Source: Basidiobolus meristosporus CBS 931.73 (Eukaryota > Fungi > Basidiobolomycota). From it: a stretch of 64,000 bases of DNA. The stretch is taken from the NCBI GenBank assembly GCA_002104905.1, contig MCFE01000317.1, positions 32,655-96,654 on the forward strand. Direction: 5' to 3'. Numbering within the stretch: position 1 is the stretch's first letter; each line of letters begins with the position of its first letter. The translations under genes and the position numbers were made by a program. Positions 1 to 12,299 of the stretch are shown here, one piece after another. Under the pieces are notes generated by a model. That model was given only the letters and a program-made list of their open reading frames with translations. It did not search any database and was not told the DNA's origin.

Positions 1-1610
1 TGTGGTGAAATTTGCGTTGAGCTGGGAAGAGGCTGGAAAAATCTCATCAATCCCTTGGTAGCGGCACAAAACTTTGAGTATAAGATGAGCAACATCCTGG
101 ACAAACCACTGGAAAGTGTGTTTGGCTACATTAGTGTACTTCCAGGTGCGTTCTCAGCCTATCGGTATGCCGCACTTAAAAATACCGCTCCTGGAGTCGG
201 CCCTTTGGCTTCGTATTTCAAGGGAGAGACCATGCATGGATCCAATGCCAGCGGAGGAATCTTTGAGGCCAACATGTATCTTGCCGAAGATAGAATATTA
301 TGCTTTGAACTGGTGGCAAAGAAGAACTCGAAATGGGTCCTGAAGTACGTCAAGGTATGTGCTTTCACTGGTGTAACCTCCACTGTCTAAATCTCACACG
401 CATTTACTGGTAAAGTCCGCTAAAGCCGAGACAGATGTCCCGGACTCCTGGCCCGAATTCATTTCTCAACGCCGCCGCTGGTTAAATGGATCACTATTCG
501 CAGCGTTCTTTGCTACTGCTCACTGGTTCCAAATCTTTCGCACGAACCACAGCTCCAGAAGAAAGTTTCTATTCCTTTTGGAATTCGTCTACAACACAGT
601 CGCGTTGCTCTTCAGTTGGTTCTCGATTGTAAGTTTGATTGATCTGGCTGATCTTGAAGATTCCCAACTAAACTGATGATATTTAGGGGAATTTCTACCT
701 GTTTCTCTATTTCCTAACCGAGAAATCGATCGCCAAAGATTCCACTGGAAGGGTGCTTCGAGATTCAAGTAAACCAGATCCATTTTTTGGTGCTTCATGG
801 TTGGTTTACCCGGTGATTCGGGAGATCTTCCTGCTAGGGTTGATCGTCCAATTCATCCTCGCCCTGGGAAACAGACCACAGGGTTCACATTCAGTGTATA
901 TACTGTGCGTGTGCTTGTTCGCCTTTGTCATGTTGATTATGACGTACACTGTGTTCTTCCAGTTAGTGCTGTACCTCAAGAACCCTGCCACTTTGGAGCT
1001 GCTTCGACGTGCGCCGTTCACCGCCGAAAGTGTCAACCTATTCGTAGCCCTGGTTTCCACATATGGAGTCTACTTCATCAGTAGCTTTCTATACTTTGAG
1101 CCGTGGCACATGTTTACCTGCTTCATCCAATACATGCTGATTTTCCCTTCATACGTGAACATCCTGATGGTGTACGCCTTTTGCAATACTCATGATGTAT
1201 CCTGGGGAACCAAAGGAGACAACATCCCAATCTGTGCCGACTCTGTCCATGGGAATGTCACCAGTACAACCAATCAAGCTGGTGTTGAGGTGGCTAAGGT
1301 GCAGGTGCCAACGGAGAAAAGGGATATCAATGGGATTTATGATAAAATGGAGGAAGACCTGAGAATACGGCCCAAGGCTGAGGCACAAAAGCGCGACGCA
1401 AAAACCATCAAGGAAGACTACTACAAGCTGTTTCGTACTCGCGTTGTCTTGTTATGGATTGTTACCAATGCCCTGCTGGCTATCATTGTACAAGGCAAGG
1501 TAGCCAGCGACTGGTATCTCAAATTCCTCTTCTTCGCCATAGCCTCTCTGTCTTCCATCAAATTGATTGGCTGCACAGCTTACCTCATCCTTAGATTGAT
1601 ATTTGGTTGA
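1..1610 (+). CDS. Chitin synthase (division 1, GT2), 3' part; 5' end lies outside window
   Basis: [23 protein letters not shown] and QRRRWLNG motifs, then a multi-TM C-terminus (VSWGTKG). Introns read at 355-415 and 629-686 restore one frame ending TGA 1608-1610. Confidence 0.95.
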
Positions 1611-1922
1611 TATTTCTTGGATTCCCTCCATCCTTCCACCTCCTCCTTTACTATTGCTGCCATGGGATTACGGAGAAATGGAGATCTAGATAAACTAGAG
1701 TTGTACCTAATAAAATATTTAGATGGCTGGCAATTGCGGACCCAATAGAATCACTGAAGATCTGAATATTATCACGCATACCTATGGGGACTGCGCAAGT
1801 AACGTAAGCAGTCACTCAAAGCCACTCGCACATTATTAAGCCACTTGATATTCCCTCATCTGCAGTGAGTAACCAAACAGCCCAGCAGCACTCCAAAGAG
1901 AAGAGTATAGAGAACGCTAGTC

Positions 1923-2993
1923 ATGTCTCAGCCTGCAGTTATTCAATCCAACCGTCTCTTTACTTTTCAATGGAAGTTGAACAATCTGACCAAAGAATTT
2001 GATTCCCAACTAAGTACCCCCACATTTCTGGCCCAGGAAGTCCCTTGGAGACTATTCCTAACCCCTTCACGAGATAAAATCCACATCTCCATTCATCTAC
2101 AGCCAGCCTTACCTCTTTCCGCCCCTAAAGAGGTTGAATTTTGTGTATACCTACGCCGGGAGCCAGGAACCCGACGCCGTTTGAGAAAGTCAACCATGCG
2201 CCATCGCTTCTTCAAAAGAACCAAGGCAGGCTTTGAGCGTTTTTTGGCTCGTTCCGAACTAAGCAAGTATGTTCATAACGGGCAGGTGGTGCTAGGCATT
2301 GAGATGTACTATCAAACAGCTGAGCCAGCAGAGCTCATGGAAGACTTGTTTGCTTCTGAAGAGACCGAAAGCGAAGAAGAATATGACGTGCCGGAGTTCT
2401 TTGAGAAGTTGAACGACCCCAGCTTTAGCGACGTAGAGTTTCTGGTTGACTCACGGGTGATATATGCCTCCAAATTCTTACTCAAAGCGAGAAGCAGATA
2501 CTTTCGGGATCTGTTTGGAACCTCCTCCTTCAGCAGAGATGACCCGTACAAGATACATGTAGACGGATTTCATTTTGAGCCGTTGCTGGCTGTGCTGGCA
2601 TGGATTTATACGGGACGAATTCATCAAGTAGCTGGATATGAAGAGAACCCCATTGGATTTTTGTGTGAAATGTACGCGATTGCTAGGATGTATTCCCTCA
2701 AAGGCCTGGTACTCATTCTTGGAAACCGATTCAACCAAGTGATTGATCTGGAGAACTTCGACCAAATGATGGAGCTGTCAACTTCTTTGGACATCCCCCT
2801 GTTGCTGGCCAAAGTCTGTGCGTTTGCTGCATTGCGATGGAAAGACGTCTGCAATAGTAACGCCCTTTTGAGGTTATTCAAGTCCAAACCGACCTTGTCC
2901 AAATTGCTCTTCAATGGAGTCTTAGCCGCACGAGAGGGAGCTACCGAAGTGGAGCTTATCTCGCTGTTCAAGAAGAAAGAGCATAGCAGGTGA
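1923..2993 (+). CDS. MATH-like plus BTB/POZ domain protein (cullin-3 adaptor-like)
   Basis: N-terminal FTFQWKLNN...WRLFL...GFERFL (MATH-like) and FSDVEFLVDSRVIYASKFLLKARSRYFRDLF (BTB). Intronless ATG ORF of 356 aa. Confidence 0.8.
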   Translation: MSQPAVIQSNRLFTFQWKLNNLTKEFDSQLSTPTFLAQEVPWRLFLTPSRDKIHISIHLQPALPLSAPKEVEFCVYLRREPGTRRRLRKSTMRHRFFKRTKAGFERFLARSELSKYVHNGQVVLGIEMYYQTAEPAELMEDLFASEETESEEEYDVPEFFEKLNDPSFSDVEFLVDSRVIYASKFLLKARSRYFRDLFGTSSFSRDDPYKIHVDGFHFEPLLAVLAWIYTGRIHQVAGYEENPIGFLCEMYAIARMYSLKGLVLILGNRFNQVIDLENFDQMMELSTSLDIPLLLAKVCAFAALRWKDVCNSNALLRLFKSKPTLSKLLFNGVLAAREGATEVELISLFKKKEHSR

Positions 2994-3276
2994 CAAGTAT
3001 CATCCAAGGTAATTCCTGGTATATTCCCATAGTAGGCTAATGATAATTAGTAGTCAGTTAGTGTAAATAATTCCGATTTAATGTAACATTGTTGGTATGT
3101 TAGAGGTGGTTTCTCCGACTATTCTAAAGTAGCAGCCTTTAGAATAACTAGCCACCCACGGCTGAGAACCGATTCTAATGAAATCTGGATATTCGAGTAT
3201 AAAGTTGAAAATAAAGAATGTACATGCTGGTTTATCGAAGTTATTAAATTGGAACGAGCTGGAAACACTCCCTGGC

Positions 3277-6200
3277 TTACTCTAAAGGAGTACAATGACT
3301 AGATGGGAACCAACCAATCTGTCCGCTTTCCATATCCTCTCCATACCACATTGCCCCATATGCCTCCCCACCTTCAGTCTTACTCACCAGAAGAACGGCC
3401 CCAAGGGATAGATCAATCTCGTCCGGGTGCTCTGCTTGGAATGGATATATAACTGTACATTTGAAGATTTTGGTGGTGCTTCTACGCGGCAGAGGGGGAG
3501 ACACAGTGATATTGGTGTTGGATTTTGGTGAGATATCTGGGCTCCAATTTGAATCTGGCTGACTTGAAATCTCTTCAGGTGCCATAAAAGGGTCGTCGAA
3601 GGTTGGGCGACTAGGCGGCTTGAAGTTCAAAGGTGGATTGCCTTGAGACACTATACCGTTAGAAATGCAGGACGGTTAGTTCGACATCGGCTTTGTATTC
3701 TACTATTCGGCTTACCAGATCTGGCCATAGGCTGCTGGACTCGGTTTGCACCAAGCTTTACCGAAAGACTGGGATAACCTGATAAAGAGTTGAATTCTCA
3801 ATAAAGCATGAATAACGAATGATATGAAGTTACGTTGTCTCGATTTGATGCTTTCAGAATCGGTCGACTCGAATCGGCTAGCCACTTCAGAATCAGTAAG
3901 ATACGAAGATTGGCTGAGGGTCCGGCCTAAAGTAATAACCTAGAGATCAGAATCGCTGGCCGCATAAGCATGATAACGCGAATATTACTCAATGGTACGG
4001 AATTAATAGAGCTACTATCCAAAGAAGCGCGACTGGGAGAGGCTATAATGACAGGTCATGATTAATGGTCGTGATCAGATATTCGTTATGCGTCGTCTTG
4101 TGATACATACAAGCATTATCTCGAGTGAGTATCTGAATCTCATTGAGTTGGTGATGGAATCCACCTTCGTTCTCTAGCGATTGATGATAATCCTGAATGA
4201 TGTTTTTCAAATCTCCACTTTGTGAACCGTGGGGAATCAGGAACTGGTGCACATGCTCGAGTTCTTGGGCTAGTCCTTGATAGAAGCTGGCCTGTATACT
4301 TGCGATCACCTGTACGAGAACGTTGAAGTATTGAGTGGTAAGTCCAAAAAATTTCGGAAGTTCATCTTGAAGTTGCGCATTGATGGCAAGATAGTCGTTG
4401 GCGGACTTCTCAAGCGCCGCATCAGGCTTCATAAATAAATCGTTAGCAAACGTGATCCATTCATTCCAACGAAGAGGCTGCTTACTTTATCCCCTCTGGC
4501 CTTGATGCCCCGTGCCCTATCATAATCTAAAAGTTTGTGCTCTCGCTTCTTTATGACAGAATGAGGTTTCTGGAAAAGGGCTAGGAACTCCTCAACCTGG
4601 GGAATAATGAGCGACTTGATACTTGAATCCTGAAAGCACAAGTCAGTTTCTCTGCGGCATAGCTTGGTGTTGAGTGACACTCACCAATCGCCGTTGGGCT
4701 TCCATGTAGATCTTGGTCATTGAGAGGCGATATTCTTTGACCTGGCTTTCAAGTCCCCGCTTAGTTTGGTATCCAAAGCTATCCCCAGCATACATCCTTT
4801 CCATCATTTCAGAAAACTTCATCTGTATATCAAGATATTCTGCAAGAAGGTTAATCGCCACACAACAGCAAAGGGCACAGCTTAGTACCTTGTACTCGGG
4901 ATTTCCAACTTTCAACTTGTGTAACAAGATTCTTGGCTTGGCATTGCTGATGCTCGAATTTGGCTAGGAAGACGTCAAATAACACATCCGTCTAAACACA
5001 CGTAAAATGAGCTCTATAGGTATCCTATAGTAACAGCTAGTGCTCGAAAGTACCGTAGCATCCTGCAATCCAGCCTTCTGCTTGATCTACAAAATCTGCG
5101 CGTTAATGCAATTGTACACATGGATAAAAGCATTCTCAAGACGTACTTGTTGGGTTCTCCGGGAAATTCTCTTGTTGATACCATGGCTAAGTACAACTTC
5201 TTTCTTCTTGATTCCAACGATTGTCTCCACTATATCTTTACGCTTTTTGATCTCATTAATCCGCTCGGCTACCTTCTGAATATCTTGGTTTGCGCTTTTT
5301 AAATGATTGAAATCAGGGTCTGATTCCGGCGTGAGCACCAATATTTGCTGGATAGCTCACTTATTAGCTTTGCATAATAGAAGCACAAATACTAATGCTT
5401 ATTACCTGGAGCAATAGGGGATATTTGAGCACTCTCTGAACCGGCTTGATCAATAACGAACCGAAATCCCAACTAGTAGTCTGCCCTTTCATCTCCTCTT
5501 TACAGCTCTGCCAATTCACATTCGTTTAAGCAAGCCATTAAACAAAGAATCTATTCCAGTAAGCAAACCTCAAAGAAATCTAGAGCGCCCCGGTGGCTCT
5601 GTAATTCATTCAGTCGAATCACTGCTGACTCGTGAGCTTTGCAATAGTTGCAGTAAACAGTCTCCAATGACCCCATCTGAAATGGAATAAGTTACGCCGC
5701 ACGTGTTACAAATCTACACCTTCGACAGAAAACTCACCATCAAGGAGAATGCTTCTCCCACCCATTTAGATGATTTCTCGGTTTCGGCGGAAGGTTCACT
5801 GCAAGCAGCTCGCAAAAGCTCACAAAACTCCTCGGTAAAAACGATTACCTCTGGCAGGTTGCAGAACAGTGTTTTCAAATCCCGTGATTGGAATACATCT
5901 GACTTTTGTGCTTGCTGGTAATAGATCTACAAGATGTTTAAACAACTGCGTCTACTTTAGCGACAGTGAATTCACTCACCTTGTCGAGAATCCTTAGATC
6001 ATTCAGGTATGAAACCTCCGTATCGACTAATTCCTGAATGACTTTCGATCTCTTTTCCTTGTTTTTGTGTTCTTGGTCGCTGACAGCACTGTCCATACTA
6101 GGTAGGGTTGACAGGGATTCGCTCGAATAGCTTCGCGGACGACCAGGAAGTGGGGGGGAGGGCTTGTAGATGGGAGAGGAACTAGCCATAGTAATATCAG

Positions 6201-7258
6201 GAGTAGACTCGCTAAAGGAGGTCGTACGATTACGAAGCAGTTGATTGAGATTCCTAAGAACGTTTTCATCAGCGTTAACTCTGCCGACATTCCCTTGAGT
6301 ATACCCTCTAGGTCTATTCATTCGCGGAGATGCAACAGAAGGGGATGAACTATCATTAGAGCTAGTTCGAGAGAGAGATACGCTGGAGGGATTATTCGAA
6401 ACTGAAGGATTATCTGAATGTGATGCGGATGTAGATCTGTCGGTATTATTTGATCCCATTCTACGCAAAGGTGGCGGAGCTGGCGGCCTTCTTTTGACCG
6501 TAATTGAATTTGTCGGTGGTGGCAGTGATGGAGCATAAGTTTTGATGATGGGTGGTGTGGTCATTTCAGGTTTATTAGGGTAACCCGAATTGCTTGTTTC
6601 GACGTCGGACTCGTTCTCTTCACTCGATTCACACATTTCCTCGTCACTTCCAAGAAAGGGATTTCGTTCAGAGGCCATCTCCTCGTTTGATTCCCCAGGT
6701 GTTTCTACCTCCGAGGTGGTTGGGTGTTGAATATCTTCCGACTTTTTCTGTACTACAGTACTAGGAGCTTTCAGTGGAGCGTACGAACGATAGGGGAAAG
6801 AGTGAGGATTTTGAGGCTTCTATAGAAGAACACAAATCACTTTAGAAAATGCAAAACACTGTTAAAAGCTGAAAGAAGCAACAAGCTACTTTAAACTCGT
6901 TAGCCGCTTGCTGAAATCTAGCTTTGATTTCGCTGTAGGCAAGCGGCGTTTCATCTACTTCGGAATTCTCCTGAATTGATCCTCTTCTAGGAGTAGTGGG
7001 CTTGTTCTGATTAGCAGCAGAAAAATGCTGAGGCCTCGTAGGAGAGGAGTTTGAACGCGCCCTGCTGTCTGAAACTTGCAAGAAATGGTTGTTGTGAGGC
7101 CTCATTTTTGCTTCAAAAGCTTGTGCTAATGAACTAACTCCCCCAGGTTTAGGAGCCGTATCCGAATTGGGAGTTTCCTCCGTAGAGGGAGTCTGGTGAA
7201 CCTCCGCAGGTCTGGGCGCCAAATAGTTGGGCTTTGGCGGTGGTATACGTGAATTCAT
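3277..7258 (-). CDS. RhoGEF (DH)-BAR-SH3 protein, Gef1/DNMBP-like, multi-exon
   Basis: S/P-rich N-terminus. DH start KRSKVIQELVDTEVSYLNDL and DH end TPESDPDF...INEIKKRKDIV. BAR segments IKKREHKLLDYDR and LQDELPKF. C-terminal SH3 VIYPFQAE...GWFPSSHC. Confidence 0.8.
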
Positions 7259-7768
7259 CGTACCGTGCGTAGAATGAGTCAGGTATGGAAGACTCTAGTA
7301 TGGTAAACACAAGAGCCTGAGCTGGTGTAGCAAATATATATATATAGTGTGGTGTTGATTAATTGACTATAAAAAGCCTCACCAAGAGTGGTATATTCTG
7401 TGACAAATAATTTGATTAATTGATTTTCATAATAATTAGCTTCGACCTAGATAGAATAACTAAATGCTGGTGTTAAAAATGAGGGGCGCCAATAAGACAG
7501 TCAGGCGAATGCATTATTCACCAACGCTCTTCTCCATTATCTCGACCATAGACACTGGCCCATATATTGCATTGCGAGGAAAACATGTATTGATGCAAAG
7601 AGTTAAATGACAGCGTGCATAGCTATGGGAATATATTACATGTTGGAGGATTGACACTGAATAGAGAAATAGAAATCGGAAAATGGTGTTCATGATGATG
7701 AATAGTTCATACAGATTAGAAATATAGAACAGGCTGAGTGGCATGATCGTTAGCATCAATCGAATGGA

Positions 7769-8758
7769 TTACTCGATATCGGCAGCAAACTCGAGGAGCT
7801 CTGCCTCGCTGGTTGTATCCGTCCCTGAATCCAACAAGAATCGCCAAGGCCTTTGATGAACCTTTGGTTTGTATGAGCGTACTATCAAAAGTAGACTGTC
7901 TTGCGTCGCCCAAAAGACAGCATCCAATTTAACCCAAGTGAATGTTGGAGAAAATAGGTGAAGTACAGTTGTAGAGACGGCTACATCCTCTTGGACCTGT
8001 TTCATTTTCTCCACAAGAGTGGGAAGCTCATCAGGATGCAGGTATGTAGCTAGCTGAGATCCTGTAAGCTCAGTACTTGGAATACCCAACAAAAACTCTG
8101 CCGATGGGGATGCATATATGATTGCTGGACGCTCGCTACCTCGTTCAAGAACAAAGCACACACGTGGTTCGGGGTTGATGGGTATATTAGAGTTGCGTAA
8201 TAGTCGCTGCTGTAAACCATTCAAAAGCATTTCATGGCTTTGCCTCCAATTCTGTTTGACACGGAAATCAGACGTAAATATCAAGCAAAATAGCATAATG
8301 TTCGACGTTTACCTTAGCTGAAACGTCTCCGTGCAAACTGAACTCAAACCACTCGTCAACTTTCTTGTGAGGCTCTTCAAAAACCCATTTAGAAATCGGC
8401 CAAAATACCAGTACAACCATAAAAGATACGTACTGATTTGATTCACCGGTACGAATCTGATTACTCGCTTTGTATAGCAACAACATCCCATCGCATCAAC
8501 ATTCACCCAGGACCCATTCTTGTGCTTGATATGAAAGGTAAAGCCAGAAAGGAAGATGTCGCGAACTAACGTATACACAGAAAAAAGGTGCATAGAGGCT
8601 GCCTGATCAGGATGGCAATAGTCTAGGAATTTCTGGCCGACTAGCTCATCTGGGCGATATCCGAGCAGTTCAGTAACTCCGTTGGAGATGTATATAAAGC
8701 GTGGCTCCATATTTTGCTCAATGAAGGCAAAAAAATCCGGTACCTTTGCTGTGGCCAT
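7769..8758 (-). CDS. Tandem PAS-domain protein (PAS-PAS, no output domain seen)
   Basis: Two PAS signatures: RFIYISNGVTELLGYRPDELVGQKFLDYCHPD and IIYASPSAEFLLGIPSTELTGSQLATYLHPDE. ATG at 8758, with at least one intron near 8240-8310. Confidence 0.75.
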
Positions 8759-9372
8759 TGAGATATCGAAGGGGACTTTTTCGTTTGGAATACAATAGGA
8801 AATGAGGGGTGAAGGAACAACAAGGTTTGCTTGACCGAAAATGAGGATGTTACAATAATACGAAATGTACAGGAGATATAGATAACTTAATAAACACTCA
8901 GAGATAGACCAAGACTTTAAGTGATAAGCATAGAGTGCAGTTTGCCAGGATGGGAAGTACAATATATACCTGAGTACGTTAGTTCCCAACAATATCTATC
9001 TGGAAAGTCCCATATGATAAAAGCAAGATCCTAAACTTTAATCAGCTCTATGCATGCTACAGCACTAGGAATTGTTCTGTGGAAACTTATTGGCTCTGTG
9101 TCATCCAACACTACTGGAGTACCCATATATCAGGTTCAATAATTAAATCATTGTGAATTGCCCACGATGAACGAATAATTGTTAGATAATTGTCGTTGAT
9201 TGATAGAGACCAACGGATTGTAGTGGTACAATAGCAACTATACAATCGTTCCATATCTCTGGTCTATGTTGAGTTGTTGCAATAGAACAATTTTAGTTAT
9301 TGCGAGGGAATCTTTATATGATGCATTGGTTGTGGGGTAAACAGCTACGTTCTAGTGCGTACAATAAACCTT

Positions 9373-9732
9373 TCAATCCGAGTATCCATAGGAATCTTCC
9401 GAATCCGAAGAGTCATCATACGCAGCAGCATCACTCTGAAGCTGCTGGAAACATTTCATGCAGCAGGCATTCTCTTTGCTCTTACGTTGTTTCTTCGAAA
9501 ACTCCGAGGAAAGTTTCAATTTATCGCATAGTTTGCAGGTGAGTTGTGTGGTTGAGGAGGCAGTACATTTCTTACAAGTGGGTCTGTGTTGACGCACATA
9601 GGAGCCTTTGTATACTTGGGATTCGAGGGCCTTTTTGAACTGGGATTGGGAGAAATCTTGTGCGTACTTGCTTTGCTTGCAAGCGAAGCAATAAACTAAA
9701 TTATGGTTTTCGTGGTCGACTTGAGCGTTCAT
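9373..9732 (-). CDS. Stc1-like tandem zinc-binding protein
   Basis: Repeated CxxC...FSxxQ...CxxC units (CFACKQSKYAQDFSQSQ; CKLCDKLKLSSEFSKKQRK...CMKC) and an acidic tail. First ATG at 9732. Confidence 0.65.
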   Translation of the reverse strand: MNAQVDHENHNLVYCFACKQSKYAQDFSQSQFKKALESQVYKGSYVRQHRPTCKKCTASSTTQLTCKLCDKLKLSSEFSKKQRKSKENACCMKCFQQLQSDAAAYDDSSDSEDSYGYSD

Positions 9733-10350
9733 TTGGACTTGTTCTTTCAACGGAGGGAGCGCCAGCTTTCCTAGAATCGGTTCAATCAGCAGAATTCAGA
9801 AAATTGGCTCATTTACCAGAGTCAGATGATGTAATTGGCTATATTTCATCGAAACTAATGGTAGGAGAAGTTTTTATGCAAATGCAGGATTTCTAAGCCC
9901 CAAGGGAGCACCACTAATGTCAAGATAGGCAGTTCTCTGAAGTGGAAATATGGGAAGTCTCACTGCAGCAGAAAAACTAGATCCGATACAAGCTTCTGGT
10001 TCTCTATAATCAAATCAATACTAAGGTTACAAACTGGTTGGGGCTTGCTGTGATCCAATGCAATTGATAACATGGCTGAGCAGACAAGCAGTAAATTTAA
10101 TAGGTGATTACCGAAGCTTAAAATCACTCACCATGAGATGGAACCAATCAGCTCAGCATAAAGGACTTGTTACATGCCATATTAATTATCGTCAAATAAG
10201 GAATTGTGTGGAATTGTGTGGAATTGACGTTAATGGTTACTGTATCATCAAGAATAGCAGATACGATGGCCAATTGTTTTGTGCAAAGGATTCATTTAAA
10301 GACGAGTGATTCCATTCAGGATTCCTTGTTTTCTGTACGGTAAACCCTCC

Positions 10351-11409
10351 ATGCCTGACCTCTCAAAATTAAACAGTAAATATGGTGACTATGTTGAATG
10401 CTTAGTTGGTGTGTATTCCTTTGTTTGCTGAGTAGGATTCCCTTTGTAACATTCCTACTTTATAGATGCGGTCGAATATACCATTGAGAATATTTGGTAT
10501 GCTGAAACGTCCTTGTCACGCACCAAGAGGCTGCTATTGAGAGCCTTTGTTCGTGAAACTATCAAAAGTTCCCGTGTGTTTTACTCTACGGTGATGATTT
10601 CTTTACTCTATCTTTATCGTATCAAACGGTTGATTGGTTTGGATTCGTCGCTCGTAATCTCACAGATTCTTGATAGTCGCCACTTACCAAAGCTTCTCTT
10701 TGACATTGATTATTTCAGCGAAGACCTCTCTACACCTCTATTTATCAGCAGCGGCCAGCCTACAGACGCCTCATTCTCATGCAACTCCGAAGCTCGTTAC
10801 AATAGCGCCCGTTCCTTCTTTATCGGTGCTATTATCGCTGCCTCGAAGTTTCATCAGGAGCGTTCCCCCACAAACTATGAGTGGGCACGTTTTTCGAAGA
10901 TGAGCGTGCACGAAGTAGGTCTGACCGAGGTCACCTTTTTACAATGTTTAAATTATCAACTGTTTGTTCCTGTCCACGAATATGAGTTGTGGTCTGAGCA
11001 GTTGATGCGTGAAGTTCGTACCTATAAGGTCAATTCAAGTCTTCCAGTAAGAGAGCGATCCATTGGCTATACCAAGCTCCATTCAAGCCGGAGCGTTGTC
11101 TCAGCCAATCTTTCAAGTTCCTTACCTGTACGGTGCCCCTATCCCTCACAGGTTTCCAGCCCATCCCTTTCGGATAAACGAGTGTCTCGGCGATTTAAAC
11201 AACCGCTCAGAGGTGCCCATTTACTTTACAGCTGTAATCAGCGTTCACAAGAGAAGCTTGAGACGTTGTCGGATCATGGTACACCACTGCCTCGGGATTA
11301 CGACCCAAAAGTCCTTTATACATCGAGAACTCCGGAGTGTTACAATCGATCACTTCGCCTGCACTCGTATCGCACTCAGCTCATCCATGATTTATCCGCC
11401 TCATATTAA
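10351..11409 (+). CDS. Pho85-type (Pcl/Clg1-like) cyclin
   Basis: Cyclin box FVRETIKSSRV...ISLLYLYRIK and FIGAIIAASKFHQERSPTNYEWA...EVTFLQCLNYQLFV. ATG at 10351 with intron 10409-10465. Confidence 0.8.
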
Positions 11410-11734
11410 CTGAAAATTAGCCGTCTAATACCATCTTTCTGTTTACTTTTCATTCACACTCAAGATATATATTAGCATCCTCGAAGCGCTATTTTTATTA
11501 ATTCTATATTTCACAATATTATGTTAATAGGGAGGACTAGCCGAAGCTGGTCAAGCCTACTCCGCAAATATATTAGATTACGCCATATACAAGCTGGTCA
11601 CTGATCATGTTACTAGGTGGACTTCCATTGCCTTAAAAGCAATGCTCTGCCTACCCTCAGAATCAGACGAAGTCTTGGTGGTTTCTTATGTTACCAGACT
11701 TACTATCAGGATTAACTTCCATATCCACCATATG

Positions 11735-12118
11735 TCAAAGCAATCTCTTTTCATCCTCTATCCAGATTTGTATAGTATGCGATCGAATTAGTTGCTGAAG
11801 TATATTCACATCAACCTTAACCCAAACCACCTGCTTTTCTTGCCTTAACCAGCATCGATAAAAGTATGATTCCAATTGATCTTTGGTGATGTTCTTTGTG
11901 TGGAAGTAGAAATCATTATTGCGCCCAGCAAGCTGATTCCGAGTCCAAATTAGGATTAAGCCATCTGTTATATTCTCTTTGGGTTGATGGTCTGCTCTCT
12001 TGGTTGGTGATGTTGTCTGAGGTTGTCTAGAAATGGCCACTCTGTATGCACTTGCCAAATTCAGTTTGCTGGTGGATATTACGATCATTGAAACAATAGA
12101 TTGGCACCATTGGTCCAT
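11735..12118 (-). CDS. Hypothetical protein (127 aa), divergent from the remodeler gene
   Basis: ATG ORF only, no recognisable motif. Confidence 0.3.
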   Translation of the reverse strand: MDQWCQSIVSMIVISTSKLNLASAYRVAISRQPQTTSPTKRADHQPKENITDGLILIWTRNQLAGRNNDFYFHTKNITKDQLESYFYRCWLRQEKQVVWVKVDVNILQQLIRSHTIQIWIEDEKRLL

Positions 12119-12299
12119 TGTGCTGGTGGTGAATCGTTATTTGTTGACTATCTACAAGCCAATCACTCCCCAATGTCTCCTACCCTCACAAGATGTGTAA
12201 ATTACTACAAAGTTAATTCAATCCAGAAATATATGAACCAAATAAATCCGCTAAATTTACATTTCTTGATGCATCAGTAACGCGAGTTTCGTTTGCAGC

